Shown here one piece after another: positions 1-10,693 of a stretch of 64,000 bases of DNA (positions are counted from its first letter, which is position 1; each line of letters starts with the position of its first letter). The position numbers and the translations under genes were made by a program. The DNA is from Azolla caroliniana (taxonomy: Eukaryota > Plantae > Polypodiophyta): contig JBHGNT010000002.1 of assembly GCA_043228905.1 (NCBI GenBank), positions 23,560,001 through 23,624,000 on the forward strand. The letters are read 5' to 3'. Under the pieces are notes generated by a model. It was not told the origin of the DNA, made no database searches, and saw only the letters and a list, made by a program, of their open reading frames with translations.

Positions 1-155
1 TGCCTTTGTCGTTATCACATCTACACATAGTAAGATGAGCATGTATGCTAGCTACAACATTAAACCATGACCAATTAGAAATATGATTTGTGGAATAAGC
101 GATAGAAGTTTGGGAGGTTGAGTTCTTTATTGGAACAAGGTCAAAAATAGTTATT

Positions 156-3122
156 TATTTATTTATTTATTTAGAAAACATATCCTTCCATTAGTTTAAA
201 AAACTATATCAGCTACAAAATACAAAATAATGGAAAGGAGATGATTATCCTTCCCCAACCCATCTTGTGTAAGACAATAGCTAGCCATGAATCCTTCTTT
301 TGATAGACTTGATTGAACACTTCCTCAATAGTTGAAACATACCATGAAGTTGCATATGTTCAAACCAAATCAATCTTCCTCATCATTCATATTCAACATA
401 TCTAGATACCACATGTGGGTCATCCATCACAGGCATCCAATATACCCCCACATTTACAATGACCAAGCATCCTCTATTTTCCATATTCAATGTAAAACTC
501 AATCAAAGCATTATGGTATAGAGGTCATTTTGTATGCCTCGATCCATGATTCCAACATGTATGAACATATCGTCATGTAAAGCCATGTGATCAACACCCA
601 CCTTAAGGGATCTCAGCCCTTCGACCAGTTTATATGCATCTGATAACCTTCCACATGTTTTCTTCCAAATGCATACATAAGAGCATCCCCCTCCACCTAT
701 TTCAATGACTCCATCCATCTCATAAGAAGAAATGGGATTCTGCATACATATCATTTAGCATTTTAGTGATTACAAAATCATGTTCCAAACCTTGTTTTCA
801 AATTTCACTTCTTATCCTTTTCCTACTGTGCGAAGGGCAAAATTCCATATAAAGCCATGATGCCATAATTTCTTTTGATATCACCAAACCATAAAATAAA
901 TCTTGAATGAGATTGCACAAAATCTCAATTATTTCTTTCTTTTCAACAACTCATAGACTGCCATTGACATACATAATTCCTAAGACAGTACCAACAACGA
1001 TTAATATATCCCCATGTCTCATATAGGTGGAGGAAATACCTAGAGAGGTGGTTGATACCTCCAACGTATACAACAATTAACCATGTAAAATACATTCATC
1101 CTTTCCCATGTCTTCTTAAAACCCTCTTTCTTTCGAATGACTACATCTGAATCACCCTTGATAGCGTCATACTCTCCTTTTAGTGTATGCACCAAGGTCA
1201 ATCAAATCTCCTTGACTACATCCACAACATTCCATTGAATTTGCTGAAATATCCTTCGACATCTACTAGTCCACAAAACCCACAATGTTATGGAACTAAT
1301 AGTCTCCCAAACTGATGAGAAATAATCGTCACTTTCGATCTTCACCTCTCGGCCACAACCAAGGAAACACACGAATCGTTGTTGCAGAAAATGGGAAATG
1401 CAGAAGTAAATAGATGGACACACGATTTAACGTGGAAAACCCTGTACGGGAAAAACCACGGGAGTACAAGACTCCGAACCAAAACTATGCACAGAGAAGT
1501 ATACAATGGCGAGCTGCAAGGCGACGACCTTGAGCTCGCTGTCCTCGCCACAGGCGGCGGAAATACACAGAGGCGTCGACCTCTTCCTCTCTCACACTCT
1601 ATCTCTCTCACGGTTGCTCCCTCTTCACTCCTCTTGAGTGGAAAAACAGAAAAATGAGTAGCAACTTCAAAACTGTTTGCCCTAAGTCATATTTATACAC
1701 ATATGACTTTGGGGCTATTTACAACTATAGCCTCAAGGGCCCTTGGCAAACATATTCACAAATATGTCCCCGCATCCAGATCTCGCTCCGGGTACATTCG
1801 TCATCCGGCTCCGAAGCCGGGGTCTTCATCATCCGGTTCCGAAACCGAAACCGGGCTTGTCGGCATTCATCTCCGACATCCGACCATCCCATCCGAAGGG
1901 ACCGTAATCCCAACACAAACCTTCCCATTTTGTACTGAATCACTATGCGTACACGACAACACTTCCTCAACATATCAACCTCTTGTATGTAATGCAAAGG
2001 TAACCTTTTCTTGCTCATAATCTTCTACCTTACCCTTAACAACAACCCACATCACTGCTCCCCATTTATATACTCCAGATCCATATACCTCATGCAATAA
2101 ACGTAATATCCTTTTCCAAACCAATTTAGTTGCCATACATGACCAGAATAAGTGATGAATAGACTCCATCCACAAAAATCACACATCTTATTTGCATCTT
2201 TACAATGCATCCAAACCCTAACAGGAACCACATAATGAACAATCGGCCATCTAAATAAAATAATCTTCTTTGGAATTTGCCTAGCCCATAGACATTTCCA
2301 AAATGTTGTCATATGCGTAGAATCAACATTATAACTCAACCATGTTGTAGTTGTTGTCGGCCAATGAGGTATCCTACGTCGTAACATCTGTCTTCCCAAT
2401 CGAACTGAATATTGAAAGAACGGCTTCGGCCTAACATCCTCCCCAAAATATGATGTAGGTAACCACTTCCATTCCCCTGGATCCCATTCCAATGCACATA
2501 ATGGTTTTTTGCCCACTACCATAGATCCCACCATGGATGAAGAACATTAGGATGAAGGTCTAGGATCCAAATCTTATCTACCTTGGCTAGAATTCTAATG
2601 GGTTTTACTATAGCCTCAGCGAGACATTCATCTTCTAGGGGGATCAACACTAATCGTCCATCTTTGTAAAACATCATAACTCAAGAAAGAATCCTTATCT
2701 CTAAGGCCATAGACTCCAAGTAAATTTTGAAAATTTGAAAATAATCCCACCCACTTATGACAATTAGAATGTATGTTATCCATCAAGGGTAGTTGCAATT
2801 TCCTTAACTCATCAACTATCATCTTTCCTCCTCTTAATCCTCTATATTCTTGTTGCATAATATCAGTAGGATTGTGAACAAAGTGTTGCCACTTACTAAA
2901 AGATGAATCCACTTGAGCCCAATTGAATCTCACTCTCCTCCCAAACATAGATCCTTCATCACCTAGAAATAAAGGATTCCAAACCAAGGGTTGATCTAAC
3001 CATTCATCCATCAAAGTGGGCCAGGCTTGTTGCAATTTATCTTTTAGTGACCACCAGGCTCACTTTATTGCAACAAAGAACCTATCATTCTAAAATATTC
3101 TATTACGCAACAAGAATATAGT
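156..3122 (-). mobile_element. 5'-truncated non-LTR retrotransposon (L1-like LINE, ORF2 3' end with zf-RVT), degenerate
   Basis: Direct repeat GAACAAGGTCAAAAATAGTTATT at 133-155 and 3123-3145 (TSD). The (ATTT)n run at ~152-172 is a (TAAA)n 3' tail on the minus strand. Broken minus-strand ORFs read FWKCLWARQIPKKIILFRW...CDFCG / ESIHHLFWSC (zf-RVT) and ...ITLWVLWTSRCRRIF...WRYQPPL. Confidence 0.9.
1313..1915 (-). mobile_element. Solo LTR (Ty1/copia-type) nested in the LINE
   Basis: TG...CA ends and 5-bp TSD CAAAC (1308-1312 and 1916-1920). Removing it restores the LINE frame (QNGKV|WETISSITLW). Minus-strand motif CCCGTGGTTTTTCCC...GGGTTTTCCACGTTAAA is typical of copia U5 regions. Confidence 0.88.
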
Positions 3123-5439
3123 GAACAAGGTCAAAAATAGTTATTACTTGTGAAATAAGATATATAATCAAGGAACACAATTGGTGAAAGATAAAATCCT
3201 CCAAAGCTTATTCCTATTGTCATGTCATGATTCAAACTCTTGACCTACTGTATTTAATCAATATGTTTTAACCAATACACCCAATACATAATCATGTTAC
3301 CTTACTAGATTATTGTAGATTATCTATTCTAAATGTTGCCCCATGCAAAGACTCATTTTCATGCACAAGCTTCTAGAATGTTTTAGCTTCTGGAGCTTTC
3401 TGGAAGCTTCTAAAATCCTACATGTAGAATAGATCATCTACAATAATCTAGTAAGGTAACATGATTATGTATTGGATGTATTGGTTAAAACATATCGATT
3501 AAATATAGTAGGTCAAGAGTTTGAATCATGACATGACTGTTGTCATGTCCATGACATTATTCCCCTACTAAGGCCGCCTTCGAAGATGCCTCCCCGGTTT
3601 TTGTGGATATTGGTGATGAAATGCATGAACAATATCCGGTGCATTCTCTAAGTGTTGGGTTGGTTCCCAAGTTGCATCTGAAATGGGATACACTTTCCAT
3701 AGGACTAAGTATTGAATTTGTCGTCGATGCCAATGAGAGTCTAGAATCTTGTCCACCTCATACTCCTCACCTGTGGAAAGCTCAATTGGAGGTGGAGGTG
3801 GAGAGTGTCTTCCAAGAATAGTAGATGGATGATAAGGTTCGAGAAGAGAGGCATGGAAGACATTATGAATCCGGAAATGTGGAGGAAGTTCCAGCCGGAA
3901 AGTGACGGGATTGAGACACTCAATGATGCGGAAAGGCCCCAATTTCTTGTAATCCAACTTTCCACAAGGTCGAGTAGTATCGACATGGCAACGTAAGAGC
4001 CAAACATGATCACCAACTGCAAAGGCGGGTGTAGCGGAATGATGTCGATCAACTTGTGCATTAAACTGGTCCCTTGCAAGGATGAGTTCGAGGGAGAGGT
4101 CTTGATGAGTGTCGACTAAAATACGAGCATGTCCTTCTGCTGACGGGTTGACAAAGTTGCCAGGGATGGAAATACTGAAACGGGGATGGAAACCATAGTT
4201 GGCGAAAAATGGGGTGACCCTAGTTGAACCATGTCGCGCATTATTATATGTGAACTCTGCCAAGGGTAGGAGGTCAACCCAATCATTTTGTTGGTAGCTA
4301 AGCGAACGTCGAAGGTATTGCTCAAGAATTTGGTTAACCCGCTCAGTTTGGCCATCGATTTGAGGATGATAGGACGAAGACAAATTCACTGTTGCGCCCA
4401 ATGTTTGAATGAGCCACCGCCAAAAATGAGAGACAAATTGGGGTCCGCGATCTAAGGTGACATCATTTAGGACCCCATGAAGCTGCACCACATTCTTTAA
4501 AAATAGATCGGTTGTTGCTTCTGTTGAAATAGTCTTTGCACAAGGGGCAAAATGAGCCGTCTTTGTAAACCGATCTACCACGACGAGCATTGTGTCCTAT
4601 CCATGGACAAGAGGCAAGTCAGTGATAAAATCCATGGAAATTGATGCCCAAGGCCAGTTGGGAATGGGAAGTGGTTGGAGCAACCCATATGGCCTATGGT
4701 GGACGACTTTGGATCTAGCACAAGTATCACATGTCTTGATGAATTCCTTGACGAACTTCCATGGTTGAGGCCACCAATATCCTCGTGAGATTAATTCGAG
4801 TGTCTTTGTAACGCCAAAATGACCAACCAAGGGGTCATCATGACACTTTTGAAGAACTTGAGTTTGACATCGGCCCTTCGGAACATATAAGAGTTGGTCT
4901 CGGTAAAGCAATCCCCCCTCAAATTTGAAGCAGTCAAGGTCTTGCTTGGTCTTGGATTTAGACAGATCAATAAGACCTTCCTGAATTGCATTGGCAAATT
5001 TGTCGGTGGGAAGTGCTTTGGCTATCTCCTCAAGCAAAGAGTCTTCATGGAGCATGCATGTGGCGAAGAGCTGGAATTGATCTGGTTTAAGCAAACATTG
5101 AGATTGTTGAGCATAGGCATCATCCCTTGGGCTCAACTGAAAATCCGACCATCATGAAAGAGCATCAGCCTTCATGTTTTGTGCCCCCGGCCGAAAGACA
5201 ATTTCAAAGTCATAGTCTGCTAAGAAAGTTGACCAATGGGCCTGTCGCCGATTCATAGTACAGGTTGTTGAGAAATACAATAAATTTTTATGATCTGTTA
5301 ATACCTAAACCCGATGTTGCGCCCCAGCCAAGTAAGGTCTCCACTCCGTGAAAGCTGCCACTATAGTCGCAAGCTCCTTGTCGTAGATGGGATAGTTGAT
5401 TTCTGGAGTTGTGAATTTTCTGGAGTAGTATGCCACCGG

Positions 5440-6914
5440 TGTCGTGTGAATCTTCACACACTATGTAAAAAAATAATGAAATAATTATTATAGATTAGAT
5501 TAGTAGCTTACTATAGAAAGATGGATATACTCAAGAGCTTCAAAATGTATTTTACTATATACAAAATGGAGAAATACATATCAAGTTATGAGAAAATGAA
5601 GTTTGATTAGATAGAGAAATTAGAACTATCCCACATAGATAGGAAAGTTAAGGCCCTGGCTATATAAACACCTTGAGCTCCCTCATTTTTCATTTGTGCT
5701 AAGAGCACTTTGGCCACTTTGTCTTGATGGATGATGGTGGCCAAATTCCCTAAAACCGGAAACCGGCCGGTAAGCAAATCTGGAAACGGGCCCGGTAAGC
5801 AAATCTGGAAATGGGCCGGTATGCAATCCGGAAACCAGCTGGTATGCAAAATTGGAACCGGCCGGCAAGCAAATTGGAACTGGAACGGGTATGTAAACCG
5901 GAAATTGGTCGGCAAGCAAAGCTGGAAACCGGTTGGTAAGCAAAATCGGAACCGGCAAGCAAACCGGTACCGGCCGGCAAGCAAAACCGGAACTGGAATC
6001 GGCCGGCAAGCAAAATTGAAACCGGAACTGGAACGGGTATGCAAACCCGAAACCGGTCGGCAAGCAAAGTTGGAAAACCGGCCGGTAAGCAAAACCGGAA
6101 CAGTAACCGAGACTGGTAAGCAAACCGGAACCGACCGGCAAGCAAAACCGGAATCGGAACCGGCCGGCAAGCAAAATCGAAACCGGAATCGGCCGGCAAG
6201 CAAAATCGGAACCGGAACCGGCCGGCAAGCAAAATCGGAACCGGAACCGACCGGCAAGCAAAATGGAATCGGCTACCGGACGATGTTGGACGCGGACGGA
6301 TGAAAGATTGGATCATGCAACAAACTAAAGTAAAGTGAAGAGAACTAAAGTAAAGGCCATGTGGACGCAAGCAACTAAAGAAGGGAGTGCATGGAAAAAG
6401 TAAAGGTCACGTGGACAGTCACATGCAACCAAAAGAAAAAGCTAGGCAACTAAAAGTAGAGGCCATGCAACAAAAAGTGAAAAAGTTATGATCAAGGGAG
6501 AACTCCATTTTTTTTCCATTTTTTTTCCTACACTAGGATAGACTCTCCATATTAATATTATTATTTTTTTCTTCTCAACTCCCTTATCTTAGGGAAGCCA
6601 TAACTCTCGAAAACCCTAAAATTCCCTACGGAAGCCATAATACTCATATAACCTAATCCTAATCTTCCCTACGGAAGCGATATCTCTCAAAACCCTTAAT
6701 TTTTTTCTTTTCTATTAATCTTAGTAAACCTAAAACTTCTAAATCCCAATCTTGGGACATATTGTAATTTCTTTTTCCTTTGTTAATGAAAATTATTAAA
6801 TTTCTTCTTTATGTTAATTGTTAAAAATATAAACGCACACATGTGATTATCCTTCGGTCGGAGGCCCCGGGGTCCTGCCTCAAGTTAGCGTATCCTCGTC
6901 GTATTTTCGCGACA
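5440..6914. mobile_element. Large solo LTR (1475 bp) inserted in the Gypsy RNase H
   Basis: TGTCGTG...CGCGACA ends and 4-bp TSD CCGG (5436-5439, 6915-6918). Excision restores [18 protein letters not shown] at ~5661 suggests plus orientation. Confidence 0.85.
5752..6282. repeat. CCGG-rich minisatellite (~24-30 bp units, e.g. CCGGCAAGCAAAACCGGAACCGG)
   Basis: Many imperfect tandem copies built from AACCGG/AATCGG hexamers and GCAAGCAAA. It produces several repetitive, non-genic ORFs. Confidence 0.92.
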
Positions 6915-8849
6915 CCGGATGTAGGATGCCATCATCATCGGGTTGGGATAAGATGGCACCAATGGCAAAGTCAGAGGCATCTGTTTCAACTTGAAAAGGC
7001 TTAGTAGGGTCGACGTGAAGGAGGACTGGAGCCCGGGTTAAAACTTCCTTGAGTAGGTCGAAGGCGTGTTGAGTAGATAGAAATTTGCGAAACCAAGGAA
7101 CGACTGGACATCCTTTACTCGTTTTGGAGTGGCCCATTCTTGAATTGTCTTGATTTTCCGTGGATCCATGGTGATGCCCTAGAGGAAGATAACAAAACCA
7201 AGACTTTCTATGGAATTGCAATCAAACTCACATTTTTCTCTCTTGTCATAGAGGTCATGCTCCCTAAGTTTCGAGAGAATCAATCGAATGTGGTGAGTAT
7301 GCTCTTCAATGCTCGACGAGAAGACAATAATGTTATCAAGGTAGATAACGACAAAGTGATCGAGATATTCTCGAAATATGTCGTTCATCATATGTTGAAA
7401 AACAGGGGCTACATTTAGAGCCCATAAACATGTATAAATACAGGTGTTCACCTTGGCCTTAGTCAAGGTGAACAACACCAATTACGGAATCATAATTTAG
7501 TTCTTGTTCTCTTGACTACTTTCTCTCTCTCTTTCTTATTATCTTGTCTATGATCTCTCTCTCACTCTCTTAGTATTGAGCCTCGTCTACTTGTCCGTGA
7601 CACCTATTAAACATGAATTGACAAGAATAAAGGGGCGACATAAATTACAAATTAGGGAAGGTTAACACCCACATACTAATAGGTCAAGTAGCACATATTC
7701 GACTCCTTTAGAAGATGATATGCTCGAGAAAGTTCCCCAAATGCAAGATATTGTACAAACTCGAGGCGAGGATCGAAATCCTACTTAACAATCAAACTCA
7801 AATCTCGTTATAGCTCTAAAATCAACACAAGATCTAGTATCTCTGGTGTAGAAGGAAAAACAAATTATAATCCCCACAACAACATAGGTGAAAGATAATG
7901 ATAAGACCAATCAATTTAGCAATTTGGTCCCAAGTTTTGTGAAGTATGAGACCACTTGTGATCACATAGAGCATTTCAAACAAATAATGTGAGCTTATAA
8001 GCCCTTACCAATTTGAAGTAGGTGGCCGCTTTTGATCTCACCTTTGATGATAATGTAGGCGTATGGTTCATGACACTCTTAAATGATTTGTTACATGACT
8101 TTGTATACATAAAGGAGGAATTCCTCACCAACTTTGCAATGTGGGGGACTAAATGGAACGATCTCACTCAAGCAAGAGGTGAGAGAAAAGGCACATGATT
8201 ATTAGGTGTACAAAAAGCTTATGCGTTGATGTGAACATGATACAATATTTCCAATAAAAAACTAATGGAGTGGGTCATTCGTGAGTTGTATGACTCCACA
8301 TTGCAAAAAAAAACATAGTGTAGATCCTTTTAAGCTTCCATAATCATGACCTATGATAATTATATGATACGACTCCCAATGTTGACATTAGCTACCATAA
8401 ACCCAAAAGAGACATTAACTTCCATGCAACCACCAATCGGGACCCAAAAGATAGTTAAATGCCCTATAGGTTATGCTATATGTGAGAACATAAGGTGCCC
8501 CACATGCCAACACCATCATAGGGGGCAAGTGGACGATCACAAAGTGCCCCATATGCCACCCTATCAACATATGAATTACAAGCTTATTAGAATGGACTAC
8601 AAAACAATGAGGCAGATGTGAGACCTAACAATACAATGAACAAGTGGAAATTATGCTTGCACATTTAGCAACCTAATTGAACCTTGGAGAAAAAACTAGG
8701 CATGTAGAAGAGTACATAGACCGCCTTAAACAAAATAAGTCTAGCGAGGTATCGAGATCAAATTAATGATTGGCAAAAAGAATAAGATATTAAGGAGAAG
8801 TAATAGATTAAGGGTGCTTAACCACATTGACCATCCTTGAGTGAAGGAC

Positions 8850-10000
8850 ATGAGACAATCATAAAATACCATAAATGACCCATACCATTAAATATTACCT
8901 TATGTTATACCTTGTCTTTAGAAACAAAAGATCCAAAGAAGAGAAGTTGGCCTCACTAATAGAGTTTAGACAATGTCTCAATATGGTGTAATGAAAGGGG
9001 TAGCTTGTGCCCTCTATATATCTCAACACCTAAAGTGCCAATACCATCATGTGTTTCCACGTGTCATAGGTCCTGATGGGTTTCTCCCGACTCATAGGAT
9101 AATTGGAATCTTAAAATTCTACTCTTAACCCATTAAATTTTAGATATAGAATTAGCCCATAAGGTTATGCCCATAACACAAGGCTAGCCTACATTTTGAC
9201 CAACTCAAAGGATGGGCTTTCCGATAGGTAGAGTCTAACCACCACGTGAAACAAATCATAGCGATAAGGAGGTTAATGTAATGGCCAAGCACCCCAACAA
9301 GTTACTAAACTAAATACTAAACATTTTGATGGTGAAGTGAATTTTGCATTATTGGAACAAATTCTCATGGTAAAGTCCAACTACCCATACTCGAAGTGTG
9401 TCAAATGGCTTGACACTTAGATTAGGAGAATAAGGACTTGGATCATATCTTAGTCAAACACATTTAACTCCCCACCCAAGAAATGCTATGGTTGAATCCA
9501 CATCCTTGATATAATGTGCGTAGGTTGGTCAAGGGAGAACTTTATGTTGGATACAAGGAACCCTTAGTGACAACACTACAAAGTAATAGGGCATCAATGA
9601 AACCCCTGAGATTGAAGGACAATTTGATTCCCAAGGAGCACGGCATGACTATATCCGCAACACTAGACACGAAGGTAGGAGTTAGTCTCATCATCCATTA
9701 TTGTTGGCAAAAGATGTTACATAACCAAAAAATGGTTGTCTCTAATGTAAAATCGAGAATGGCAAATGCTTCCATCCAAAGAATTGAGGGGATGACAACA
9801 AACCATAAGTTAGAGGTATATGGGGTTGAGTTCTAGCTTACGTTTATGGTGATGAGTTCAACAAAGTAAGTGGCTTACAATTGTTTTTTGGGATGACCTT
9901 CCTTAAGGACGAATCAGTTGCTAATGGATCTTGGATGTGACGTACTCTATATGTGAAAGGGTAACCTTGGACGTGAACACCTCATTGAATATGAATCGGA
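8850..10000 (+). mobile_element. Heavily decayed retroelement gag/aspartic-protease remnant
   Basis: ISATLDTKVGVSLI (degenerate LDTG motif) followed by ...AYNCFLG*PSL (LLGRPWL-like); many stops. Boundaries are approximate. Confidence 0.55.
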
Positions 10001-10077
10001 TCCATGGACTTGTCATGGATGGGATCTACCTAGTCTATACAATGTGTTTTGCCTAGGTCATTTTTATGTAAAAAATG

Positions 10078-10361
10078 GGTATTGGTCAAACCTTTTACCA
10101 CACCCAAGTCTTGAAAGAATCATGCCATAGGATTGGTGCAAAGGGAACAAATGCATGATAGAATAAGGAAAAAGCACTAGAGCCACATGGCATGTTTGGA
10201 AATGACTTAGGGCTAAGGAGGGTATTAGTCAAACCTTTTACCACGCCCAAATCTTGTAAGAATCATGCCATAGGGTTGGTACCAAGAGAACAAATGCGTG
10301 ATAGACTAAGAAAAAAGCATTAGAGCCATATGGCATGTTTGGAAATGACCTAGGGCCAAGG
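10078..10361. repeat. Two-copy tandem repeat, ~143-bp unit
   Basis: ATT(G/A)GTCAAACCTTTT...GGCATGTTTGGAAATGAC..AGGGC.AAGGA occurs twice in tandem with scattered mismatches. Confidence 0.88.
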
Positions 10362-10513
10362 ATGGCATAAAGGTGCAACCCAACTTTGCTTCCCTAGACA
10401 TAGTTGAATTTATTGTACAACTAAACACGGATGACACAATATGCCAAACAATCACCCATGCACGAAAATTAAGTTCTTCCAAAGCATAGGGGCCTTAGGC
10501 CAAGGATATCAAA

Positions 10514-10693
10514 ACTTGATGAAACCCTCAAAGGAGGTTGTCTGATATAAACAACGTTCGACACCCCACTCATGGATTTGAGATCGGTATAACGGCATAC
10601 CACATACCTTGATGAAACCCTCAAAGGAGGTTGACAAATATAAACGACGTTTGACACCAAACTCATGGAATTGAGATTGGTATCACCACATAC
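10514..10693. repeat. Two-copy tandem repeat, ~93-bp unit
   Basis: CTTGATGAAACCCTCAAAGGAGGTTG...ACTCATGGA.TTGAGAT.GGTAT occurs twice. Confidence 0.85.

Larger units (their letters stand above)
3568..7404 (-). pseudogene. Gypsy pol remnant: RT, RNase H, integrase, chromodomain (frameshifted and interrupted)
   Basis: RT: VFQHMMNDIFREYLDHFVVIYLDNIIVFS. RNase H: [16 protein letters not shown]...HPVAYYSRK. Integrase: HDDPLVGHFG...CDTCARSK, ISMDFITDLP, HPQIDGQTERVNQILEQYLR, GPFRI. Chromodomain: EYEVDKILDS...YLVLWK...TWEP. Confidence 0.93.
3218..7602. mobile_element. Rearranged Ty3/Gypsy chromovirus (Tcn1/Tf-like) with inverted internal segment
   Basis: Ends TGTCATG...CCGTGACA flanked by TSD CCTAT (3213-3217, 7603-7607). 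pol fragments lie on the minus strand. Purine tract AGTAGGGGAATAA precedes an LTR start at 3556 (minus). The LTR 3' half (TATAAATA at 7433, CT-rich U5) is on the plus strand at 7420-7602. Confidence 0.85.

Noticed and set aside
3218-3556. Independent MITE or canonical miRNA precursor
   Set aside because: The arms match LTR starts (PPT-adjacent), and the TSD partner lies at 7603 rather than beside the hairpin.
5752-6282. CRISPR-like array
   Set aside because: No unique spacers, variable unit length, eukaryotic context and no cas genes.
5607-6370. Four overlapping 190-216 aa ORFs (RFRFCLPAG / GTGRQAK repeats)
   Set aside because: By-products of a stop-poor minisatellite inside a solo LTR; open on both strands.
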